Of a stretch of 64,000 nucleotides of DNA, positions 8,957 to 16,461 are shown in pieces. The DNA comes from Minisyncoccota bacterium (GTDB lineage: Bacteria > Patescibacteriota > Minisyncoccia > Phycocordibacterales > DATDSR01). Both the position numbers and the translations under genes were made by a program. Each line of letters starts with the position of its first letter. Position 1 is the first letter of the stretch. Where the stretch lies: NCBI GenBank assembly GCA_036517655.1, contig DATDVE010000013.1, positions 28,364 to 92,363 on the forward strand, in the 5' to 3' direction. The notes under the pieces were generated by a model. That model did not search any database, had not been told where the DNA came from, and worked only from the letters and a program-made list of their open reading frames with translations.

Positions 8957-9400
8957 ATGTCGGAACCGAGAATCGTGGACTTCAGAAAGCCAGCCGAGAA
9001 GTACCGAGCAGTTGTGGTGGAATACGACTACGAGGTGGATACAGGAGACGAATGCAAGGGTGTGAGAATCGAGGGACGTACAGGTCGCGGCGTGCTTTTC
9101 GAAGGACCTTCTGGCGTCGGCCGAGTACTTTTTCTCCCGCGCAGGTTCTACGAGAAGGAGCAGGGCGAGTTCTATGCTCTCACTGGCAAGGGTCGCGGGA
9201 GTAGATGGCCTTCGGCTCCTGAACTCGAGTACCATTCGTCAGACGCGTACGATCGGTGTGCGGCTCCCGAAACCGCCTTGCGTGAGATTGAGAAGGTCGA
9301 AGGGGCAGTGCCGGTGGTTGTCGAATTCGTACTACAGATCCCGATCAATCGCCGCAGGCAACAGGAGATCATGAAGACCTGTCTTGGTGTGACGTCGTGA
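8957..9400 (+). CDS. Hypothetical protein (GC-rich island II)
   Basis: Internal ATG at 8957 preceded by GAGGAGG SD. The ORF-track 8651-9400 is an upstream over-extension. Confidence 0.45.
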   Translation: MSEPRIVDFRKPAEKYRAVVVEYDYEVDTGDECKGVRIEGRTGRGVLFEGPSGVGRVLFLPRRFYEKEQGEFYALTGKGRGSRWPSAPELEYHSSDAYDRCAAPETALREIEKVEGAVPVVVEFVLQIPINRRRQQEIMKTCLGVTS

Positions 9401-9503
9401 CAGGGGACATGCCGGGCCCGGGGAAACCTGGGCCTTGCAACTTTTTATAAGTCTGGTAGTATGAGGCTACCCCGGGCAGGGGTTTTTTGCTAAGATTACA
9501 ACA

Positions 9504-9686
9504 ATGGCTAAAGTAACAGAATTCATTAAGGAGACTCGGGCAGAGCTTAAGCATGTGGCTTGGCCCTCCCGCAAGCAGACGGTTCAGGTCACTGCGCTCG
9601 TTATCGCTGTGTCATTATTTGTGGCCCTATTCCTGACACTCTTCGACTGGCTCTTTAGTCTTGGTCTTAAGACTTTAATAAGCTAG
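9504..9686 (+). CDS. secE: Preprotein translocase subunit SecE
   Basis: 60 aa with a single C-terminal TM, immediately upstream of nusG, the conserved secE-nusG-rplK arrangement. Confidence 0.8.
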   Translation: MAKVTEFIKETRAELKHVAWPSRKQTVQVTALVIAVSLFVALFLTLFDWLFSLGLKTLIS

Positions 9687-9718
9687 TACCTATTACCTAA
9701 CATTTAGTACCTACTAAA

Positions 9719-10264
9719 GTGGCTAAGCAAGAACTAAAACAAGAACGCGGTTGGTACGCTATACATACTTATGCCGGCTACGAGAACACTGTGTTGAGAA
9801 ATCTCAAACAGCGCATTGATAGTTTGGGTATGCAAGGCAAAATTTTCGCCGCGATTGTGCCGGTTGAGAAAAAGATCAAGATTAAGGGCGGCAAGCGTGT
9901 GAACACAGAAGAGAAGATCTACCCTGGCTACGTGCTTGTAGATATGATCGTAGATGACGAGAGTTGGTACGTGGTGCGCAATACTCCCAGAGTAACCGGC
10001 TTCGTCGGTTCGGGCACCACGCCCGTGCCCCTATCTGAAGAAGAAATTAAAAAGATTTTCTCGCGCATGGGCGAGGATGTGGCTCGGCACAATATTGATC
10101 TTGAAGTTGGCGAGGAAGTGAAAATTGAAGACGGGCCCTTTAAAGATCTGGAAGGCAAAGTAAACGAAGTAGATGACGTGCGCGGCAAGGTGAAAGTGCT
10201 CGTAAATATGTTCGGTCGCGAGACACCAGTCGAACTAGACTTTTTACAGGTTAAGAAAATCTGA
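9719..10264 (+). CDS. nusG: Transcription termination/antitermination factor NusG
   Basis: GTG start. NGN domain ([11 protein letters not shown]) and C-terminal KOW motif (GKVNEVD...KVLV). Confidence 0.9.
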   Translation: MAKQELKQERGWYAIHTYAGYENTVLRNLKQRIDSLGMQGKIFAAIVPVEKKIKIKGGKRVNTEEKIYPGYVLVDMIVDDESWYVVRNTPRVTGFVGSGTTPVPLSEEEIKKIFSRMGEDVARHNIDLEVGEEVKIEDGPFKDLEGKVNEVDDVRGKVKVLVNMFGRETPVELDFLQVKKI

Positions 10265-10686
10265 TGGCAAAAAAAATTACAAAGAAAGTGAAGGTGCAGG
10301 CTATGGGTGGTGCAGCTACTCCTGCTCCTCCGCTTGGGCCCACACTTGGTCAGACGGGTATCAATATCGGTGAGTTCATTAAGCGCTTCAACGATGCAAC
10401 TAAAGATATGCGTGGAGAAGTGGTGCCAGCCGAGATTAGTATCTATGAGGATCGCTCATTCGATTTTGTTCTCAAGACGTCTCCCGCCTCACAATTGATT
10501 CTCAAAGCGATTGGCAAGGACAAAGGTTCGGGTACACCCAATACTGCAAAGGTAGGCAAGATCAGTAAAGCGCAGATCAAAGAAATTGCCGAGAAGAAAA
10601 TGGCAGACTTAAATGCTAAAGACTTAGAAGGAGCAATGCGAATCATCGAAGGCTCTGCCAGGAGCATGGGAGTAGACGTCAAGTAA
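10264..10686 (+). CDS. rplK: 50S ribosomal protein L11
   Basis: [28 protein letters not shown] canonical L11 N-terminus. TGATG overlap with the nusG stop. Confidence 0.92.
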   Translation: MAKKITKKVKVQAMGGAATPAPPLGPTLGQTGINIGEFIKRFNDATKDMRGEVVPAEISIYEDRSFDFVLKTSPASQLILKAIGKDKGSGTPNTAKVGKISKAQIKEIAEKKMADLNAKDLEGAMRIIEGSARSMGVDVK

Positions 10687-10710
10687 GACAAGAAAATAGA
10701 GTGAACGAAA

Positions 10711-10755
10711 AGGGGCCCGCTCGCGCGTGGCCCCGGACTCTCGTCTTTCTTGTTC
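10711..10755 (+). terminator. Hairpin after rplK
   Basis: GGGGCC...GGCCCC stem followed by a T-rich run. Confidence 0.4.
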
Positions 10756-10763
10756 AGTGAGCT

Positions 10764-11138
10764 TTAGTTAGCATTCAGGATGAACTGCCGCACGGTGCGC
10801 CTGAACTTGCGTACGAGCTCCGGGTGCATGCCCGGCGAAGTTCGAAGCGTGCCACCGTTCTCGCGTAATTGCTCGAGGAGCGCTGGCAGGTCCTTCTCCT
10901 CAAGCGGGCACATGCTCCTGACCTCGTCCTCCGCAAGCGGACGGCAGTCAATGCCGATGCCGCCTTTGATCGGGTACCAGAGGCGGACCGTGCCGTCGTT
11001 TCCGTCCATGGCCAGGCCCTCATGGACCTTCTTGTTCCCGTACGTCAGGTACGTTACGGCTCGCAGGTTCGTGCCTCGGAAAGCTTGCCATCTTCCGAAA
11101 GCGGCTTTTCCTCTTCTGCCGATTGCCTTTGTCCTCAT
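10764..11138 (-). CDS. Hypothetical protein (GC-rich island III)
   Basis: 124 aa. Shares an AT-rich divergent promoter region (11139-11191, TATAAT-like) with the dUTPase-like gene. Confidence 0.4.
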   Translation of the reverse strand: MRTKAIGRRGKAAFGRWQAFRGTNLRAVTYLTYGNKKVHEGLAMDGNDGTVRLWYPIKGGIGIDCRPLAEDEVRSMCPLEEKDLPALLEQLRENGGTLRTSPGMHPELVRKFRRTVRQFILNAN

Positions 11139-11191
11139 GCTCCACCCCCCGGCTTATTATACGATATAATTAAACAAGGAGGGACTGGCCA
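11139..11191. promoter_or_regulatory. AT-rich divergent promoter region inside GC-rich island III
   Basis: CGGCTTATTATACGATATAATTAAAC with a TATAAT -10 box. Strong AAGGAGG SD for the plus gene. Confidence 0.4.
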
Positions 11192-11845
11192 ATGCCTGAG
11201 TCCAAGCAGCTCTTTTTACGCGCGATTCCGGATATCAAGGACACCGCCGGACAAGTTCCCGCGAGTGCGGAGGAGATACCTGTCCTGGTCCTGCCCGGCG
11301 GTCGGCCGCCAAAGCGACAGAATGAGGACGATGTGGGCTACGATGCCTCAACTAGGGCCATCATCTGCCCCAGTCTCGCCTTCGACGACGTCAATCCCGC
11401 CATGCGCAAGACGCTCTTCGACTTCAAGGAGCCCGCCCACGATCATACGCACCGCGGCAAGATCAAGCTTATTCCTGGTCGCGGAAATCCGGACGAGTGG
11501 GTCTGGATGATGGAGCCGGGTGAGCACGTCTTCCTGGGTCTGGGGGTCGTGCTCGGACTCACCAGTCCGTGGCGCGCCCACACCGTGCCACGAGGCTCGA
11601 CGCCGAATCGTCACTTCCTCATGTTGCTCGACGCCACGGTGCCGATCGATTCCGGTTTCCGCGGCGAGCCAGTTGCGCATCTTTGGCACACGGGGAAGGA
11701 ATCCTTTCCCCTTCGCCACGGCAATCGGTTTGTCCAGTTCGAATTCTGGAAGGCCGAGTTGCCCACGCTCGTGCAACTGCCACCCGGCGAAGTTCTGCCG
11801 GTCGGTATCCGGGGCACAAATTGCAACGGTTCAACCAGGGAGTAG
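11192..11845 (+). CDS. dUTPase/dCTP-deaminase superfamily protein (GC-rich xenolog)
   Basis: Motifs DVGYDAS (~AGYDL), PRGSTP (~RSG) and IDSGFRGEPV (~IDSDYRGE) of the dUTPase fold. A canonical dut exists separately at 16039. Confidence 0.5.
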   Translation: MPESKQLFLRAIPDIKDTAGQVPASAEEIPVLVLPGGRPPKRQNEDDVGYDASTRAIICPSLAFDDVNPAMRKTLFDFKEPAHDHTHRGKIKLIPGRGNPDEWVWMMEPGEHVFLGLGVVLGLTSPWRAHTVPRGSTPNRHFLMLLDATVPIDSGFRGEPVAHLWHTGKESFPLRHGNRFVQFEFWKAELPTLVQLPPGEVLPVGIRGTNCNGSTRE

Positions 11846-12361
11846 TGACCTCGCGCGCTCACGTATCTCGAAGTGGAAGGGGGGATTGTCCGGTCCGGCG
11901 GGCGATCCCTCTTCTTTTTTTACTACTTCAAATTCGTTTTCGTATTCGGGGAAGTAGACATCACCTTCGGCGTTGCTGTCTACGATAGTGAGATACAATC
12001 TGTCCGTATATGGCAGTGCTTGTTTATAAATTTCTCCGCCGCCGATTATGAAAATCTCATCACTATTTTCTGCCCGAGCAATCTCAAGGGCCTGCTCTAA
12101 CGATTCGGCTACTAGGTATCCGAAATTTGAACTTTGCGTTTTGAACTTTGCGCTTTGAGTTAGCACTATATTCGTGCGGCCAGGCAACACTCTCCCTATT
12201 GATTCAAAGGTTTTGCGCCCCATGATTATGGGATGACCCATGGTGAGGCTCTTGAACCGTGGCAGGTCTCCAGGAATGTGCCAAATTAAGCTGCCAGCCT
12301 TGCCTATGGCTCTAGTTTTGGACGATAGGGCGGCGATAATCGATATTCTTGGCTTTGTCAT
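11831..12361 (-). CDS. folA: Dihydrofolate reductase
   Basis: ISIIAALSS...LPW-like...IMGRKTFESIGRVLPGRTNIVLT...IGGGEIY motifs. True start is M171 of the ORF-track frame (CAT at 12359-12361). The upstream extension overlaps the next gene. Confidence 0.8.
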   Translation of the reverse strand: MTKPRISIIAALSSKTRAIGKAGSLIWHIPGDLPRFKSLTMGHPIIMGRKTFESIGRVLPGRTNIVLTQSAKFKTQSSNFGYLVAESLEQALEIARAENSDEIFIIGGGEIYKQALPYTDRLYLTIVDSNAEGDVYFPEYENEFEVVKKEEGSPAGPDNPPFHFEIRERARSLLPG

Positions 12362-12391
12362 GCCCTTCCAGTATACTTCTACCCAAGACTT

Positions 12392-13018
12392 ATGGCCAAA
12401 GTAGCAAAAATAAGTAGCAAGAATGGCAAGATAAGTAATAGGGGGATTTTCGGCTCGGGCTCGAACTTCTCCGATCGCTCTTTCGCCGATTACAAGAAGC
12501 TCAAAGCCTGCATTGATCATTGCAAGGGTCTGGGGCTCAAAATTATTCTCACTCAAGGTTCTTGGGATATGGCCCATATTGGTCACGCGCGATACTTCGA
12601 AGAAGCCAAGAAGCACGGTGATCTCCTCGTCGTGGGTGTAGATAGCGACGATAAGATCAGGAAGCGCAAAGGTCCGGGCAGGCCTGTTGTGCCCCAGGAC
12701 GAGCGTCTCGAGATGCTCTCGCACTTGCGTCACGTAGATATCGTCGTGCTCAAGGAGGCACATTATCCCAAATGGCATCTCATCAAGACAATTAGGCCCG
12801 ATGTCCTCTGGACAGTTAGGGAGACTTATAACGACAAGCAGAGACGCGAGCTCAAGAAATATTGCGGGCAAGTGTTGATTAGCCCGCGCATGGCCACAAC
12901 TTCTACTTCGGCCAAGATAAGACTAATGCAGATTAACACTGCCCAGCACTTGAAGCAGACACTGACACCCAAAGTGATGAGTGTGATCGAGGCGGTGCTC
13001 TCGGGAGAGAAAGCTTAG
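12392..13018 (+). CDS. Cytidylyltransferase-like nucleotidyltransferase (HxGH family)
   Basis: TQGSWDMAHIGHARYF...LLVVGVDSD matches the RfaE-domain-II/TagD-like nucleotidyltransferase signature. Confidence 0.6.
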   Translation: MAKVAKISSKNGKISNRGIFGSGSNFSDRSFADYKKLKACIDHCKGLGLKIILTQGSWDMAHIGHARYFEEAKKHGDLLVVGVDSDDKIRKRKGPGRPVVPQDERLEMLSHLRHVDIVVLKEAHYPKWHLIKTIRPDVLWTVRETYNDKQRRELKKYCGQVLISPRMATTSTSAKIRLMQINTAQHLKQTLTPKVMSVIEAVLSGEKA

Positions 13019-13026
13019 AAAGATTA

Positions 13027-13857
13027 ATGAAACTTGTCGCCTATATTCCTGTCTTGCACAAAGGCTATCTTGATCTATTCTCCCGGCACAAAGATTGCCG
13101 CGAACTTGCCATAATCGGCGAAGAAATTTTAGCCGACTTTGATCACGTAATTCGCAAAGACATCCGTCGCATTCCATCTGAACAAATGAAGCAAGCAATT
13201 GAAGCACTAGAACTATTTGATAAAGTAGAAATTCTCGACAAAAAGTTTGCAACTTCACTTGGCGCCCAGGGCGCCAAGTTAGTGATGTCAGATGATGAGA
13301 TTACTCGCACGCTTGCCAGTAGTGAGCTTAAGAAATGCGAGATAGAGTGGGACAAGGCATTCTTGCGTTGGCATCGCGACAACACGCTCGAAGAGCAAGC
13401 TACTGATCCAGACGAAACTGTCTCTCTCAAAGAAGTAGATCGGGAGCTTATGGGTAAAGCGAGAGAGAAGGGAAGTGAGAGTCTCGATTGGTATCGGCAG
13501 GTGGGGGCTTTGCTTGTGCGTGATGGGGAAATTCTGCTTAGTGCCGTAAACACTCATATGCCAAGTCCCACACAGGCTTATCAAGTCGGTGATCCAAGGA
13601 GTGTGTATAAGCGCAATTTGAATATAGAAATTTCGAGCGCTATGCACTCGGAGGCGGCAATAATTTCTGAAGCAGCCAGGCGGGGGATCAAAACAGAAGG
13701 CTGCTCTGTCTACGTCACAGATTTCCCCTGCCCGCCATGTGCCAAAGTATTATCGCACTCCGGTATAAAAAAATTATACTACGCCGGAGGCTACGCGGTC
13801 TTAGATGGGGGAATAGTCTTGAAAGATGCGGGGATCAAACTAATCAGAGTTAAATAG
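13027..13857 (+). CDS. dCMP/cytidine deaminase with ~145-aa N-terminal extension (degenerate nucleotidyltransferase-like)
   Basis: C-terminal HSEAAIISEAARRG...PCPPCAKVL zinc-binding deaminase motif. N-terminus AYIPVLHKGYLDLF resembles an HxGH motif. Confidence 0.75.
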   Translation: MKLVAYIPVLHKGYLDLFSRHKDCRELAIIGEEILADFDHVIRKDIRRIPSEQMKQAIEALELFDKVEILDKKFATSLGAQGAKLVMSDDEITRTLASSELKKCEIEWDKAFLRWHRDNTLEEQATDPDETVSLKEVDRELMGKAREKGSESLDWYRQVGALLVRDGEILLSAVNTHMPSPTQAYQVGDPRSVYKRNLNIEISSAMHSEAAIISEAARRGIKTEGCSVYVTDFPCPPCAKVLSHSGIKKLYYAGGYAVLDGGIVLKDAGIKLIRVK

Positions 13858-13868
13858 TAGCTCGCGAT

Positions 13869-13904
13869 CGGAGAGCAAAACCCCGAAGGGTATTTGCTTC
13901 TCCG
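13869..13904. terminator. Strong bidirectional hairpin between dCMP deaminase and HIT gene
   Basis: CGGAGAGCAAA...TTTGCTTCTCCG, 11-bp stem with one mismatch. Confidence 0.5.
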
Positions 13905-13927
13905 ACCGCTCGCTTTATGTGTGAGAC

Positions 13928-14485
13928 CTAGCCTTCGGTGGCGACTGCGTTCGGTCGCGGCTTTTCCGAGAAGCCCTTGCCGTCCCAGTCGCGCGGCATC
14001 TCGGTGTTGAAGCGATCAGATAGGAAAGCTTCGAGATGTCCCTCGTCGCGAAGTCGCTCGTAGATCGCCGCGAAGCGCCCGGCCCGTGCCGCGCTCTCGG
14101 CGTTCTCTTCGGGTTCCTTGGCGAGCGTCATCTGCACCCGCCCCGTCCCATCTGGTTCCCAGAGGTTCCAGTGGAAGTGCTCGATCGAGCCGGCGTTGAA
14201 CATCGGGTCGCCGAAGCGCAGTCCCAGGCCACCGCCCTTCATGTCGTACTCGTCAAGGGCCCAGCAGAAGAAGTGGAGGAACTCCAACCACTCCTCGTTC
14301 ATGAAGTCGTTCGGCGTAGTGATGTGGTTCTTGGGCACGATGAGCAGGTGCTTCTTGGTGTGCTTGTGTGGCGGATTGCACCACAGGAGCCTGACGTGGT
14401 TGCCCTCGATGATGATCTTGGTCGGATCGACTTTGCAGAAGGGGCAAGCGCTCCCGCCCGCCTCCATGCTCGCCCGGGTCTTCAC
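13928..14485 (-). CDS. HIT-superfamily (GalT-like branch) nucleotide transferase/hydrolase, GC-rich xenolog
   Basis: CPFC zinc motif and HFHWN histidine triad. About 62% GC. Paralog of 14606-15079. Confidence 0.5.
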   Translation of the reverse strand: MKTRASMEAGGSACPFCKVDPTKIIIEGNHVRLLWCNPPHKHTKKHLLIVPKNHITTPNDFMNEEWLEFLHFFCWALDEYDMKGGGLGLRFGDPMFNAGSIEHFHWNLWEPDGTGRVQMTLAKEPEENAESAARAGRFAAIYERLRDEGHLEAFLSDRFNTEMPRDWDGKGFSEKPRPNAVATEG

Positions 14486-14605
14486 GTACTGCTCGAGCTG
14501 GCGGCAGCCTTTAAGGCGCTGCAGATCGAATGCTGTGAGTTCCCTCGTGACGCACCTCCCTGTCCCACTTTTGCGGGACTCTTTCTTGGGTTAAGCTAGC
14601 ACAAA

Positions 14606-15079
14606 TTAGGCAGAAGGCAAGTTTGTTTTGTAGGCAAGTTTTACTTTCAGTTTTTCGTTCTCTTTGCCAAGAGAGTCAAGACGAGGAACGCCCGAGATTA
14701 GTTGAGCATGGATATGTTTGACTGTTGAACCGGTGTATTCCATGTCGCCGAAGCGCATGAAGACCGAACCTCCCGCAATTGCAAATTCTCTCTCCGCCCA
14801 CTGCATGAGACTGATTAGTTCTTCGCCCGCCTTACTTGGCAACTCGCTTAATTTCTCGTAATGAGATTTTGCAATAGCAAGCAAGTGTATGCGCGTGCCT
14901 TCGTATGGCCACTGATTCTTGGTTAGGATCCAATAGTCGCTTTCTTTGAGCACTGGCTCTTTGTGATACTTAGTTAAATTTTCTAAGCAGAAGGGACAAT
15001 GTCCTTCGGCTACGATCGTCTCCATCACCCGACGTTGTTCGTCGAGGCGGGAATTATCAAGATTTACGAAATAGCTCAT
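14606..15079 (-). CDS. HIT-superfamily (GalT/Ap4A-phosphorylase branch) protein
   Basis: CPFC zinc motif and KHIHAQL (HxHxQ) triad. Backbone GC. Confidence 0.6.
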   Translation of the reverse strand: MSYFVNLDNSRLDEQRRVMETIVAEGHCPFCLENLTKYHKEPVLKESDYWILTKNQWPYEGTRIHLLAIAKSHYEKLSELPSKAGEELISLMQWAEREFAIAGGSVFMRFGDMEYTGSTVKHIHAQLISGVPRLDSLGKENEKLKVKLAYKTNLPSA

Positions 15080-15095
15080 GATCTAGATTGTCATA

Positions 15096-16013
15096 TTAAA
15101 TAGCCACGGGTATACCCTTTATCCCTGGGTGCGGATTATAGTCGCTTAACTCGAAATCATCTTTCCTGAATTCAAATAAATCTTTTTTGGCCGTATTAAT
15201 AGTCATGGTAGGCAGGGCTCTCGGTTCGCGAGCGAGCATTGTCTCCACGGCCGGCACTTGATTAACGAATATGTGCGCGTCAGATATCGTGTGCACATAT
15301 TCGTACGGCTCAAGATCAAGCACTTGAGCGAGGGCAAGTGTGAGCGCGCCGTATTGGATCATATTCGAGGGGACACCCACGGGTACGTCGCCAGATCTCT
15401 GGAACATGTGCAGGGTGAGTTTGCCATTCATGACACGCAAGTGGATCCAACCATGACAGGGTGCCACTACCACTTTCTGCACTTTGCCACCGCCTCTGTA
15501 TGTGTACTGTGGAATCCAGGGAGTGATGAGATGAGTTTTCAAATGAGGTAGTTCTCGTATTTGTTTTATTATCTCGGCAAACTGATTTACTCCCTTGCCA
15601 TCGCTTGTGGGAAAGTCATGAAAGGCGGCGCCGTATGAACCCGGGCCCAAGTCACCAGTCGCAAGGCCGCGCTTAGAACACTTGGCTTCAGTAACCCAAT
15701 CCTTCCACCAGAAGCAGCCAAATTTCTCTAATTCTTCTTGGGTGTGAGCGCCGTTGATAAAGCCGAAGATTTCGCCGATTGCTTGACGCCAGACAGTTAC
15801 TGGCAAATGTTCAGATTCTTTGGGCGCCATATTTCGCTCGGTGATCATGGGGAAGCCGTTTGAGAGTTTGAAGTGCATCTGCACTCCGATCTTGCTGATC
15901 GTGTCTACTTCCTGCTGGCTCTTATCGCGCTGCCCCTCGGCGAGAATTGTCTTGAGAACATTCCTGTACTGCTCATCCGGTGTGCGCTCTGTGAGAGGGT
16001 GGGGCTTATACAT
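15096..16013 (-). CDS. thyA: Thymidylate synthase family enzyme (ThyA-like, divergent)
   Basis: VAPCHG (catalytic Cys), QRSGDVPVGVPSNMIQYGAL (Asn retained, uracil specificity), C-terminal YNPHPGIKGIPVAI almost identical to the E. coli ThyA end. Start is probably M22 of the ORF-track frame, which avoids overlap with dut. Confidence 0.75.
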   Translation of the reverse strand: MYKPHPLTERTPDEQYRNVLKTILAEGQRDKSQQEVDTISKIGVQMHFKLSNGFPMITERNMAPKESEHLPVTVWRQAIGEIFGFINGAHTQEELEKFGCFWWKDWVTEAKCSKRGLATGDLGPGSYGAAFHDFPTSDGKGVNQFAEIIKQIRELPHLKTHLITPWIPQYTYRGGGKVQKVVVAPCHGWIHLRVMNGKLTLHMFQRSGDVPVGVPSNMIQYGALTLALAQVLDLEPYEYVHTISDAHIFVNQVPAVETMLAREPRALPTMTINTAKKDLFEFRKDDFELSDYNPHPGIKGIPVAI

Positions 16014-16038
16014 GTCTAGTATTGTATAATGTCCGGGC

Positions 16039-16461
16039 ATGGAGATAAAGGTGCGCAAATTATCACCCGAGGCCAAATTGCCGGCTTATAGTCACGCGGG
16101 TGACGCGGGCCTAGATCTCTTTGCCCTAGAGAACACAGAACTTGAACCGGGCGTACGGGCGCAAGTCAAAACTGGCATTGCTCTGGAGATTCCTGATGGC
16201 CACGTGGGTCTAATCTGGGACAAGAGCGGCTTGGCCCAGAAATTTGGACTCAAGACGCTCGGCGGTGTAGTGGACGCTACGTATAGAGGCGAAGTGTTGG
16301 TGGGAATTGCTAATATCAGCAAAGAGCGATATGTGGTAGAAGCGGGGCACAAAGTTGCCCAGATGTTGATCCAGAAAGTTGAACAAGTGACTGTAGTAGA
16401 AGTGAAAGAATTAACGCAAACGAATAGAGGCCAAAGCGGCTTCGGCAGCACCGGCAAATGA
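16039..16461 (+). CDS. dut: dUTP diphosphatase
   Basis: GDAGLDL, GVVDATYRGEV and RGQSGFGSTG canonical dUTPase motifs. Confidence 0.9.
   Translation: MEIKVRKLSPEAKLPAYSHAGDAGLDLFALENTELEPGVRAQVKTGIALEIPDGHVGLIWDKSGLAQKFGLKTLGGVVDATYRGEVLVGIANISKERYVVEAGHKVAQMLIQKVEQVTVVEVKELTQTNRGQSGFGSTGK

Noticed and set aside
8651-9400. 249-aa ORF-track version of the island II second gene
   Set aside because: N-terminal 102 aa overlap the preceding gene in another frame. Internal ATG at 8957 has a proper SD.
12362-12871. 5' extension of the folA ORF to 346 aa
   Set aside because: Extension overlaps the plus-strand nucleotidyltransferase gene. DHFR homology begins at M171.
15096-16076. ThyA-family protein as a dUMP/dCMP hydroxymethylase producing hypermodified bases
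   Set aside because: Asn equivalent to E. coli N177 is retained (uracil specificity). The C-terminus is nearly identical to E. coli ThyA. Adjacent folA fits genuine thymidylate synthase. Kept only as a low-probability alternative.
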